Source of the DNA: a virus
Reading direction: 5' to 3' (one strand)
Length of the DNA stretch: 29,802 nucleotides
IMG/VR virus record: IMGVR_UViG_3300025361_000001
The notes beneath the pieces are model-generated. The model was not told the origin of the DNA and searched no databases. It saw only the letters and a program-made list of their open reading frames with translations. Positions 8,164-16,664 of the stretch are shown one piece after another (within the stretch, counting starts at the first letter, position 1; each line of letters starts with the position of its first letter). The position numbers were made by a program, and so were the translations under genes.

Positions 8164-8381
8164 AGATTACCCTGTGACCTCCGACGGGTAGCCGCCGGAG
8201 TCGTGCAACTTCACGTCTGGACGAGAGTCACATAAGCAGTCAATCAGCATTTGTCCGACACCGAGTAGGCAGTTCGTACCGGCAGACGGCGTGGCAACAC
8301 GGCGATATTATTCCCAACACCCTAATTGGAGCCTACCCGGAGAAAACACCAGACGGAATGGACGTAATTGAACACCATCTG

Positions 8382-8390
8382 TATTATATA
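8382..8390 (+). promoter_or_regulatory. TATA box of the plus-strand ATPase operon
   Basis: TATTATATA ending 24 nt before ATG 8415, typical spacing for a leaderless haloarchaeal transcript. Confidence 0.7.
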
Positions 8391-8414
8391 CCTATCGCAG
8401 AATTGTAGAATAGG

Positions 8415-8648
8415 ATGCCAAACACATTCGCTCCGCGAGCGTTTGCGGACGTGATCAAGGACCGTACCGACAGGATCCGAGTGCAGCACGACGGGCCAAA
8501 GGCGGAGATTAAAGAGTGGCACGCGATGGTCGACCTCCTCAACGAGGACGCCACCGCGAGCTTTCTCGGCCATTATAACCGGGCAGAGCAGATCCCCGAC
8601 GTGATCGACCTGCGCGACGGGAGCGAGAGTCCCGACGAGGACATGTAA
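8415..8648 (+). CDS. 77-aa hypothetical protein
   Basis: First ORF after the TATA box; acidic; TAATG overlap with the next gene. Confidence 0.65.
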   Translation: MPNTFAPRAFADVIKDRTDRIRVQHDGPKAEIKEWHAMVDLLNEDATASFLGHYNRAEQIPDVIDLRDGSESPDEDM

Positions 8649-9037
8649 TGCCAGACCTGCTCGACAGGCTCCCCGGCGGGTACGTGATCGCCAAAGACCT
8701 CTCAGTGTCGAAGTCGCTGGTTCCGGGTAACCCGTTCTGCCGGTACAAAACCGACGATCAGTCGCGGAAGTACTGCTCGAAGGACCTGTGGCTCAACGCC
8801 GACGAAAAGTACGTCATCCCCGAAGACGGGACGATCCCGCGACCCCACGTCGACTGTGGCTCCTGTGGCCACGACTCGTGGGTGACCGATGCGGACGAAT
8901 GTGGGCGGTGCGGCGAACCGATCTTCGTCTGCCCGAACAAGGGGTGCGACGAAGAAGTACATGGCAAGCCGGAGTCGTGTCCGGCCTGCAACGTGGGCTA
9001 CAACTGGCCCGACAAAGACGACGGAGACGCTAACTAA
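8648..9037 (+). CDS. 129-aa multi-zinc-ribbon protein
   Basis: CGSCG, CGRCG, CPNKGC and CPACN knuckles plus two further Cys; TAATG overlaps on both sides. Confidence 0.75.
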   Translation: MPDLLDRLPGGYVIAKDLSVSKSLVPGNPFCRYKTDDQSRKYCSKDLWLNADEKYVIPEDGTIPRPHVDCGSCGHDSWVTDADECGRCGEPIFVCPNKGCDEEVHGKPESCPACNVGYNWPDKDDGDAN

Positions 9038-9492
9038 TGGCACCAGAACTACTCGAAGACGACGAAGACGAGGAAGCCGAACAGACCGACGAACAGACCG
9101 ACGAAGTCGACGCCGACGGCGGCGAGAATGAGGGCGACGAAGACGAGGAAGTCGCCGAGGCCACGCTGCCGGGCGACGAGGGCGTCGAGGAGACCGAAGA
9201 CGGCGACAGCAGCGGCGGCATCCTCTCGAAGATCAACACCAAAGCCGTGATCGTCGTGTCAGTGGTTATCGTTGGCGGACTCATCCTCTGGCGAGCCATC
9301 CGAGGCAGTGGGAGTTCGCGCAAGCGACAGGGCCGCGGCAACAGCGAGCGTGTAGAGGGAAACGCGAACCCAGCCGCCAACCAGTCCGGCGGTGAGGGCG
9401 AGGCGCTCGAAGACCAGATCCAAGCACCCGACTCCGAGCCACTCAAACAGGACGAAGAAATGATGAGCATGCTGGGGATGGGAGGCCAGTAG
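9037..9492 (+). CDS. 151-aa acidic membrane protein
   Basis: Very acidic N-terminus, single TM AVIVVSVVIVGGLILW followed by basic residues. Confidence 0.75.
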   Translation: MAPELLEDDEDEEAEQTDEQTDEVDADGGENEGDEDEEVAEATLPGDEGVEETEDGDSSGGILSKINTKAVIVVSVVIVGGLILWRAIRGSGSSRKRQGRGNSERVEGNANPAANQSGGEGEALEDQIQAPDSEPLKQDEEMMSMLGMGGQ

Positions 9493-9499
9493 CTGACCG

Positions 9500-10249
9500 A
9501 TGCCCCCGGAACTCGAAGTCGACGACGAATACGGTGACGACGAAGACGACGGCGTCGTCGGCGGTTTCGATGGCGTGTCGAGCGATACCGACGACTCCAG
9601 TGCCGAGGAGTCGATGTCGATGGGGACGGCCGATCTGGGCGTCAGCGATGACGACGGCATCGTCGCCAGTTTCGACGGTGTCGAAGACGAAACCGACGAC
9701 AGCGACGACACAGGCCAGAACAGCAGTGGCGGCGGGTCCAGCAGCGATACGGGCGATACCTCGATCCAGTCGGCCATCGAAGGCGGGCTGGCGGAGGCGG
9801 CCGCCGTGGGGCTGGAGGGCCAAGAGCGGACCCGCGTCAGTTCCGAGATGCGCGCGGTCGCCGAGAAGTTCAAAGTCGGCTACTTCGGCGAGAAGTGTGT
9901 CCAGAAGTACCTCAAACGAGACCTCGAAGACATCCCGCCGGAGTACGGGCTGGCGGCCGCGCTGATCGCGTTCGCCGCCTTGGCGATCCACAAGCGGCCG
10001 GACGGCGAGGACGCGCTCAACAACGCCGTCTCCATCGTCAGAGAACGCCTCTCCGGAGACGACGAGGCCGACGCGCCACCGCAGCCACGAGCGCCGCGAG
10101 AGCCGCGTCGTGAGCAGCGGGGTGCGCCGCCGGAGCCAGAACCCGCGCCACAGGAAGAATCGCGTGGCGAGCCGCGTGAGTCGTCTGAGCAGACCGCCGA
10201 CCAACCACAGCAGCAACCACAGCCGCAGCCAGCCGGAGACCCACAATGA
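9500..10249 (+). CDS. 249-aa acidic protein with one hydrophobic helix and a Pro/Gln/Glu-rich tail
   Basis: Asp/Ser-rich N-terminus, YGLAAALIAFAALAI, C-terminal PQPRAPREPRRE...QPQPQP; ATGA overlap with the next gene. Confidence 0.7.
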   Translation: MPPELEVDDEYGDDEDDGVVGGFDGVSSDTDDSSAEESMSMGTADLGVSDDDGIVASFDGVEDETDDSDDTGQNSSGGGSSSDTGDTSIQSAIEGGLAEAAAVGLEGQERTRVSSEMRAVAEKFKVGYFGEKCVQKYLKRDLEDIPPEYGLAAALIAFAALAIHKRPDGEDALNNAVSIVRERLSGDDEADAPPQPRAPREPRREQRGAPPEPEPAPQEESRGEPRESSEQTADQPQQQPQPQPAGDPQ

Positions 10250-10761
10250 GCGAGAGCAACCCCGAACAGACCGGAGACCAGCCCGAGGGCGACCTCGAAC
10301 CAGACCCAACCGCCGACGCCGAGGAAGTCGAAGCCGCCATCGAGGCCGAAGGTCTCGACGTGCCAGACGGAGACGGGGACGGTGGCGGACTGTTGGAAGT
10401 CCTCAACAGCGGCGGCATCAAACAACTCCTGCTGCAAAAGACGTTTCAGGACCCCCAGAGCAGCCACGAGTATTCGCAGGCCGATCTCGTCGCCGACGTG
10501 GTCAACGTCATGCGGATGGATGCCAAGCAGATGTGTGCGCTTCACGACATCAAAGTCGAAGTCGACAAGATGTCGCCCGAACGGTCGGCCGAACTGCTCG
10601 AAGATGTCGCCAAGAACGAGGGTGTCGGCATTATTGACGTGTTCCAGCAGATCGAGGAGAAACGCGACAAAGTGTTCCGCCAGAAGATGACCGACGAGCA
10701 GTACGACCAGTATATCCGGTTCAAGGAGTCGATGCTCTACTCGGTCGGAGGCAGCCAATGA
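10246..10761 (+). CDS. 171-aa acidic helical hypothetical protein
   Basis: Coupled by ATGA overlaps on both sides; halophilic composition. Confidence 0.7.
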   Translation: MSESNPEQTGDQPEGDLEPDPTADAEEVEAAIEAEGLDVPDGDGDGGGLLEVLNSGGIKQLLLQKTFQDPQSSHEYSQADLVADVVNVMRMDAKQMCALHDIKVEVDKMSPERSAELLEDVAKNEGVGIIDVFQQIEEKRDKVFRQKMTDEQYDQYIRFKESMLYSVGGSQ

Positions 10762-10913
10762 GCGAGATTGGCTTCGACGGCGTCGAACTCGGGACCGACG
10801 ACTCGGTGGGCTGTTCGGACTGCAACGTGCCGCTTTCGGATCACGACAAGGAACGCGACTACAGCGGCAAGGGTCCGGCAGGGTCGTACTCCTACAACTA
10901 CATCTGCCCCTAA
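10758..10913 (+). CDS. 51-aa Cys-containing microprotein
   Basis: MSEIGFDGVELGTDDSVGCSDCNVPLSDHDKERDYSGKGPAGSYSYNYICP; ATGA overlap upstream, stop 1 nt before the ATPase ATG; below the ORF-track cutoff. Confidence 0.7.
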   Translation: MSEIGFDGVELGTDDSVGCSDCNVPLSDHDKERDYSGKGPAGSYSYNYICP

Positions 10914-10914
10914 G

Positions 10915-11868
10915 ATGGCCCGGACAGCCATCCTCGGGCGTTCAGGCATGGGGAAATCGTGGTTCGGCGGGAAGGTCCTCGAAGATGTCCTGACCAACGG
11001 CGATGGCTCCGGGCGTGCGGGTCGCTGTGGGTGTGGGACCGACGACTGCGATCACGAGGCGGGCGACGACGACTACATCCCGACCGTCGAAACCGGAGAG
11101 GGAGCGCCCGACTTCGATATTGACGAGGACTTCGAGTATGCGATCCACGTCGACCTTGAAGACGAGGAAAAGGGGTTCTCGGACCCGGTCGATCTGATTC
11201 TCCTGACGTACTCGGCGACGCCCGACAACATCAAGAAGTTCGTCAAATTCGAGGGCGAGGTGCCATCGTACATTCCCGAAGACGAACTCAAGGACGGCGA
11301 CGAGATCCTCCTGCCGAAGTGGGTGTTCTACAAGTACAAGTACATCCGCGTGGTGCCCGACGGGCTGACCGACGAGGAGTCGAAGATCCTCGTCGAGATG
11401 CTGGCCGACGCGGCGATGAAGGCCGGGGACACCCACTTCTCGCTGGACGAAGCCCACCTGATCGCCAGCAAACACGGCATCGGCGACAAACTGATGCGGC
11501 TGGTGACTGGTGGCCGAAAGCGAGGCGTCGAGTGGTTGTTCATGACCCAGCGCCCGCAGAAACTCCACGAGGACATCCTCTCGCAGACCGACTACACCGT
11601 GTATTTCAACCTGCGAGGCCGGGACCGTGACAAGGCCGCCGAAAAGGCCGAGTCGATTCCCAACGCCGAGGACAAGATCGACGCGCTCGAACCACGGGCC
11701 GCGATCATCGAGGACTTCGACCGCGGCGAGTACGAGGAGTTCTCGACCGAAGACCTCGAACGGTCTATCGAACACGTCAGCGGTGACGACGGCAAGGCCG
11801 ACTCGGCCTACGAGTCGCTGATGGGGATTGGCAGCGACGAAGAAGACAGCGACGACACCGACGATTAG
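10915..11868 (+). CDS. Genome-packaging ATPase (A32-like, FtsK-HerA superfamily), 317 aa
   Basis: True start MARTAILGRSGMGKSW (Walker A); Walker B FSLDEAH; Arg motif GGRKRG; MTQRPQ; also IRVVPDGLT and HVSGDDG, resembling recalled SH1 ORF17. Confidence 0.92.
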   Translation: MARTAILGRSGMGKSWFGGKVLEDVLTNGDGSGRAGRCGCGTDDCDHEAGDDDYIPTVETGEGAPDFDIDEDFEYAIHVDLEDEEKGFSDPVDLILLTYSATPDNIKKFVKFEGEVPSYIPEDELKDGDEILLPKWVFYKYKYIRVVPDGLTDEESKILVEMLADAAMKAGDTHFSLDEAHLIASKHGIGDKLMRLVTGGRKRGVEWLFMTQRPQKLHEDILSQTDYTVYFNLRGRDRDKAAEKAESIPNAEDKIDALEPRAAIIEDFDRGEYEEFSTEDLERSIEHVSGDDGKADSAYESLMGIGSDEEDSDDTDD

Positions 11869-11869
11869 C

Positions 11870-14800
11870 CTACTCGTCTTCGGGGCCGTAGTCGCCGTCG
11901 GTGTCGCGGTTCGGTCCTTGCTCTTTTTCCGGTTCCGTTCGTGCGGCGTCGACGGTGGGTTGGTTCTCCGAGTCCTGCTGCGGGACGCCCTCGTTGAACT
12001 TGTGGGCCACGTCGTCGAACGCTTCGCCGAACTCCTCGCCATAGAAGTTCTCGAAGTTGGAGTAGTCGGTGTCTTCGAGGTGTTCGCGGGCCTCGCGGGT
12101 GCGTTCGATGTCGTCCTCGACGCCTTTCGAGACGCCGAGAGCGTCGCGGGTCTCGATGCCCGTGCCGTCGAAGCCAGCGATCTCGCGGAGATACGTGGCC
12201 TTGGCGCGGGCCTTGTCGCTGGCCGAGCCGATGGCGTTCCGGCCGCGGCGCGTGGCCCGCCACTCGTCGAACGGCGGCACGTCGGGCCGCGACGGTGTGA
12301 ATGAGTTGGGCAGCACGTCCGAGAGCCGTGTCTCGAAGCGGTCGGTGAGGTTCCAGCGGTCCGTGAGATTGGCCGCCGTCTCCATGTCGATCCCCCGGAG
12401 GAACAGCCCGAACACCGAGAGATCCGTGCCGGAGAGATCGTCCCAGTCGATAGTGCCCGCGGCCGCCTTGCGGATGCGGTCGGACTCGTCGGAGTCGAGC
12501 CACTTGCGCGACTCCTGCGAGTCGCCCGGCTCCCACTCCTCGGGTTTGAGAACGATGTTGCTGACGCGACTGGCTTCGACCCGCTCGGCGATCCGGCTCT
12601 GCTGGCCGCGGATCAGCGCGTTGAACAGGTCCTGATAGGTGTTCAGCCGGTAGGTCGACTTGCCGTCGGTGTCGTGTGCGCCGTTGGAGTAGTTGAACGC
12701 CTTTTGCTGCTCGGCGCTCCACTCCATGTAGCCCTCGTCGGGGTCGTGGTAGTAGTGGCCGATCCGCTTGTGAGGGCGCTTGTCCATCTCCGGCGGGAAG
12801 ATCAGCCACGGCCCGATGTCGTTCATGTCGGGGTCATCGAAGACCTCGCTGGCGTTGAGTTCCGGCTCCTGTAGCTGCCACCAGTACTCGCGGTCCGACG
12901 GGCGGTCGAACATCCCCCTAATTGGCATCTCGAACGCACCCTTATTGGCCTCCGAGAGGTGGTCGCCGATGGCGCTGATCGTCTCGCGCTCCATTACGTC
13001 GTAGACCAGCCCCATCCGGTAGCGGTTGTAGGCATCCAACAGCGTCATGCCCTCCTCGTCTTCGGCACGTGCCTTGTAGAACTTCCAGACCTGCGAGAGG
13101 ACCGTCGTGTTGGGCGTCGACGGCAGGTCGTTCCAGACCTTGAGGAACGCCTTGTTGGTGCAGACCGGGCCGGAAGACATGGTCTGGTCGCCATCGAACG
13201 ATACGTTTTGGATGTTCTCGACGACCGCCGGAACGTCGCCCGTGGTCTGTTTGTCATCGGGGCCGAAGAACCAGCCGCGGTGGAGTGACCAGCCGAGTTC
13301 GTGGACTTCGGCCGGTTTGAGCGCTTTGTCGCGCTTCGGCTCGACGCCGAGTTGGTTCTGGAGATCCTCGTCGCCGCTCCAGTAGTAGCCCGAGCGCCCG
13401 GTCGCAACCTGATAGCCGTGGATGGCGAGCCGTTGCATGAGCAGGCGGACCGTTTCTTCGGGGTGCGTGCTACCAGTCTCAGAGAGAACGTCAGAGTACT
13501 CCGACTGCACCTCGCGGCCCGCAATCGTGTCGTAGGTCGGCTCGTCGTACTCATCGGCCGTAGCCGGTCGACCGTGGCCAGACGGTGGGATGTGAGCAGC
13601 GAGGAAGGCGACCCGCGCCCCGCGGAAGTAGTCGCCCGTCCCGCGGCGCAGCGGCTCCTCGATGCGGCGTTGGATGTTCTCCAGCACCGTGTCCGATCCC
13701 GGCCCGGTGGTGTAGAGCCACTCGGGCGAGGCCGCATCCGCGAGAAAGCGGAACGCGCCGGGCGTGATGCGGACCTTCGCGTCGAGCGTCCCGGTGTAGG
13801 GCACGTCGTCGCGGTTGGGGTCGTCCGGGTTGTAGGTGTCGAGTTCCGAGGAGCCTTGGCCGAACTCGTAGGTCGCCGTCACGCCAGCGCCGTAGTTCTT
13901 GTCGAAGTCGGGCTGGACGTTGATGCCCGGTGCGACCCGATACATCATGTACGACGCCTCGGCAATCGAGAGGGTGACCGCGGTCGTCGTGACGGCGCTC
14001 GCCAGCCGCGAGTTGTCAGTGAGCCACTTGCCGACCCGCTCGAAGGCGTGAGAGCCGTAGGACAGCACATCCGGCACCGTGAACCCCGGACCGGGCATGT
14101 TGAAGTTCGGTGCGAGTCCCGCCGCAAACGGCGCGGTGTTGATGTCGTCTTCCTCGATGGACTCCTGAATGTAGTGCTTGCCGTCGGCCGTCTCGATGAT
14201 GTTTACGTCGCTCGAATCGGCGTCGATATACTCCCTGACGAACGAAAACGCGTAGTCGAGGTTGGCATCCGAGACGAGATAGGTCGGCTGATCGGGGCCA
14301 CTCCATTTGACCAGCGCGACGTGGAACTCGTCGTAGCCGTACTCGCCGTTCTGCGGCGTGCCGTCGGTCATCCCCGACAGCGTCAGCACCGAGCCGTTGT
14401 CCCGGTTGAACCACGACAGGCGGCGGTGTTTGTCGTTGGCCATCACCAGCCCGTAGTCGACCAACACCCACGGTCCGCTCATGTAAGGGACGGTAGCGCC
14501 CGCCTTCTCGACGAGTTCGTCGACGAACGTCCAGCCCGCGAGATCGGCGTCCTCGTCGAGACCCTCCATCGCGTCGCCGATGAACTGGCCGGGCGTGATC
14601 TCCATGTCGCCGCGGATCTCGTTGAACGTGATCGAGTCGCCGAAGTTGTCTTCGAGATACTGGTCGGCCGGGACCGGCTTGGTGGCGCGGCGCTGGCCCT
14701 CGTCGAGGGCTTTCGAGGCGCGTTTCTGGACGACCTCGGACAACACCTGTACTGCCATCTTGCGCTCCTTGTCGCGGGCAAACGGGTTGAACAGTTTGGG

Positions 14801-16054
14801 GTCGACCTCGGCGTGCATGACGATAGACGAGAAGATGTCCTCCACGTCGCCTGCACCCCACGTGTCGGGGTCGACGCCGCCGAAGTCGTAGGTCCACTCG
14901 TGGTTTTCGACGTTGTCGGCGAAGTCGCGGACCAACTCGACGGCGGTCGTATGGACCAGCCGGTTGTCGTTGATCTGGTGTTCGCGGAGCGTGTCTTCGA
15001 CCAGCATCTCGACGAGTTCGTCGTACTCGAAGAAGGCAATGCCGCGGATGGTCGGGTCGTGGGTGCCGCGTTCCTCGTGGATCTCGCGGGCACGCTGCCA
15101 CACGTCGTCATCGAGGATGTCGAAGGCCATCTCACGGGTGATGTCCTGCTCGTCGAGACCCTCATAGAGGCCGAAGTCCTCGGGTTCCGACTCGGCGTGG
15201 CGGATGATGTCGCGGTAGAGCGGGTCGGTGTGGGCGTCGATGAAGTCCTCGACCACCGAGACTGTCGCCTGTCGGGCATCCATCTGGGCTTTGACGCCGT
15301 CTCGTTCGACGGCGTTGTCGGCCAGTTTGAGGACGATGGCGCGGTAGTCGTCGTTGCTCTCGATGAGTTTCTCGTGGGCCATCTCCCGGCCGCGAGCGCG
15401 GACCTCCTCAGTCAGGATGAGGCGGGCTTGGGTCTTCGGCGAGGTCGTCTCGTCGTCCGGTGTCTCGGGGAGCCGTCCCGAGTGTTCGCGCACCATCCGG
15501 AAGATGTACTCCGAGTCGTCGTCCTGCCAGTCGTAGGGCCAGCCCGACCAGCGCTGGAACTCCACGTCCTGTACCCACGACGACACCACGTCGCGGGTGG
15601 CCGCCTGAAACGACTCGTAGTCCATCTCGACGTAGTTGTTGATCGCCGCGCGCTTGAGGTTCGAGACGACCGACTCGTACATCGACTCGGTGAGCGGGCG
15701 CATCTCGCCCTCGTCGCCCGAGACCATGTGGAGATCCATCGCCTTCGAGTCGTCGGCGTAGAAGCGCGGATGACCCGACTCGTCATAACGCTCTCGGAGG
15801 TTGTACGTGCCGCCGCGCGGCCCTTCGACCTCCACATCTTTTGTTTCATCCGAGTTCGTTGTGACACTTTGGACGACGAGTGGTTGGGAGCGCTCCCCCC
15901 ACAACACCATGTCACCCTTATTCACGGACTGGAAGGTCTGCCACGCGGCCTTCACGTGGGCAGGCCAGTCGCTCAACGCGACCTGTGTGGCGGTGTACGG
16001 TGGGTCGACATCAGGGTCGGATGCGGGACGCACCTGACCAGATCCAATGCTCAT
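11870..16054 (-). CDS. 1394-aa acidic protein of unknown function
   Basis: Long ORF with halophilic composition and its own BRE/TATA; stop 1 nt from the ATPase stop (convergent); no catalytic motif recognised. Confidence 0.8.
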   Translation of the reverse strand: MSIGSGQVRPASDPDVDPPYTATQVALSDWPAHVKAAWQTFQSVNKGDMVLWGERSQPLVVQSVTTNSDETKDVEVEGPRGGTYNLRERYDESGHPRFYADDSKAMDLHMVSGDEGEMRPLTESMYESVVSNLKRAAINNYVEMDYESFQAATRDVVSSWVQDVEFQRWSGWPYDWQDDDSEYIFRMVREHSGRLPETPDDETTSPKTQARLILTEEVRARGREMAHEKLIESNDDYRAIVLKLADNAVERDGVKAQMDARQATVSVVEDFIDAHTDPLYRDIIRHAESEPEDFGLYEGLDEQDITREMAFDILDDDVWQRAREIHEERGTHDPTIRGIAFFEYDELVEMLVEDTLREHQINDNRLVHTTAVELVRDFADNVENHEWTYDFGGVDPDTWGAGDVEDIFSSIVMHAEVDPKLFNPFARDKERKMAVQVLSEVVQKRASKALDEGQRRATKPVPADQYLEDNFGDSITFNEIRGDMEITPGQFIGDAMEGLDEDADLAGWTFVDELVEKAGATVPYMSGPWVLVDYGLVMANDKHRRLSWFNRDNGSVLTLSGMTDGTPQNGEYGYDEFHVALVKWSGPDQPTYLVSDANLDYAFSFVREYIDADSSDVNIIETADGKHYIQESIEEDDINTAPFAAGLAPNFNMPGPGFTVPDVLSYGSHAFERVGKWLTDNSRLASAVTTTAVTLSIAEASYMMYRVAPGINVQPDFDKNYGAGVTATYEFGQGSSELDTYNPDDPNRDDVPYTGTLDAKVRITPGAFRFLADAASPEWLYTTGPGSDTVLENIQRRIEEPLRRGTGDYFRGARVAFLAAHIPPSGHGRPATADEYDEPTYDTIAGREVQSEYSDVLSETGSTHPEETVRLLMQRLAIHGYQVATGRSGYYWSGDEDLQNQLGVEPKRDKALKPAEVHELGWSLHRGWFFGPDDKQTTGDVPAVVENIQNVSFDGDQTMSSGPVCTNKAFLKVWNDLPSTPNTTVLSQVWKFYKARAEDEEGMTLLDAYNRYRMGLVYDVMERETISAIGDHLSEANKGAFEMPIRGMFDRPSDREYWWQLQEPELNASEVFDDPDMNDIGPWLIFPPEMDKRPHKRIGHYYHDPDEGYMEWSAEQQKAFNYSNGAHDTDGKSTYRLNTYQDLFNALIRGQQSRIAERVEASRVSNIVLKPEEWEPGDSQESRKWLDSDESDRIRKAAAGTIDWDDLSGTDLSVFGLFLRGIDMETAANLTDRWNLTDRFETRLSDVLPNSFTPSRPDVPPFDEWRATRRGRNAIGSASDKARAKATYLREIAGFDGTGIETRDALGVSKGVEDDIERTREAREHLEDTDYSNFENFYGEEFGEAFDDVAHKFNEGVPQQDSENQPTVDAARTEPEKEQGPNRDTDGDYGPEDE

Positions 16055-16079
16055 GTATCAGATCAAACGGGCCTCTCTC

Positions 16080-16092
16080 ATATAGTATTTCC
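16080..16092 (-). promoter_or_regulatory. BRE/TATA promoter for the 1394-aa gene
   Basis: GGAAA-TACTATAT on the minus strand ending 25 nt upstream of ATG 16054. Confidence 0.65.
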
Positions 16093-16402
16093 ACCGCGTT
16101 TGTCGGAGGCCAATCGACAGACGGCGGCGACTTAATTGGAATTGTGGTTGGGAACGGCCTTCCAGCGGCGTCTGAGTCGCCCCGAATCGGCCACTCCTCA
16201 GGCGAGCGCGCGCACGGAATCGGCGGGCTGCCGTCATGCGGTTTTGAGGCTGCTGAGATGCCAGCCGACGCCGTTGAGAACGAGTTAGGAGCATGGCGTG
16301 TGAAAACCACCAGACGGCGGCGTGGTAATTGGGCGTTGGTCGGGGCGAGAGTCAACGGTTCTGGAGTGTAAAAATCGCAAGACAGCAGCGTGGTATTTGG
16401 AT

Positions 16403-16465
16403 AAAAAAAAGGCCCCATCCCACCACCACCCCCGGTGAAGGGGATGGTAGCAGGATGGGGCCTTT
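16403..16465 (-). terminator. 26-bp stem-loop followed by an oligo-T tract
   Basis: Minus strand AAAGGCCCCATCCTGCTACCATCCCC-TTCACC-GGGGGTGGTGGTGGGATGGGGCCTTT then TTTTT; all four non-Watson-Crick pairs are G-U on this strand; lies downstream of the last gene of the minus-strand operon. Confidence 0.75.
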
Positions 16466-16510
16466 GAGGGGCGAGTGGAGGTTTCAGGAGGGGTGCGTCA
16501 GCAGAGGACT

Positions 16511-16648
16511 TCAGAACCGATTGTCTTCTCCCATCTGTTTGCGGTCGTCGTGGATGACACCATGCTCCGGGCAAACGATCTTGCGCCGCATCATGCCGAC
16601 CGCCTCGAACGTAACCTCGCGGTCGCAGTCGCCGCAGGTTACGGGCAT
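16511..16648 (-). CDS. 45-aa zinc-finger microprotein
   Basis: MPVTCGDCDREVTFEAVGMMRRKIVCPEHGVIHDDRKQMGEDNRF (CxxC...CxxH); below the ORF-track cutoff. Confidence 0.7.
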   Translation of the reverse strand: MPVTCGDCDREVTFEAVGMMRRKIVCPEHGVIHDDRKQMGEDNRF

Positions 16649-16664
16649 TTTTCTCTGGGTGCCA

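Noticed and set aside
8167-8250. 27-aa upstream ORF (MLIDCLCDSRPD...) ending 3 nt before the VP7-like start
   Set aside because: Very short; overlaps the conserved upstream motif, whose second copy (808-823) has no equivalent ATG; no independent support for translation
10768-10914. 49-aa N-terminal extension of the ATPase given in the ORF track
   Set aside because: This region encodes the coupled 51-aa Cys microprotein in another frame; MART-Walker A at 10915 matches the family start
13301-16135. 944-aa plus-strand ORF
   Set aside because: Antisense shadow of the 1394-aa gene; Val/Arg/Gly/Leu-rich composition is what the reverse strand of GC-rich acidic genes gives; no promoter or motif support
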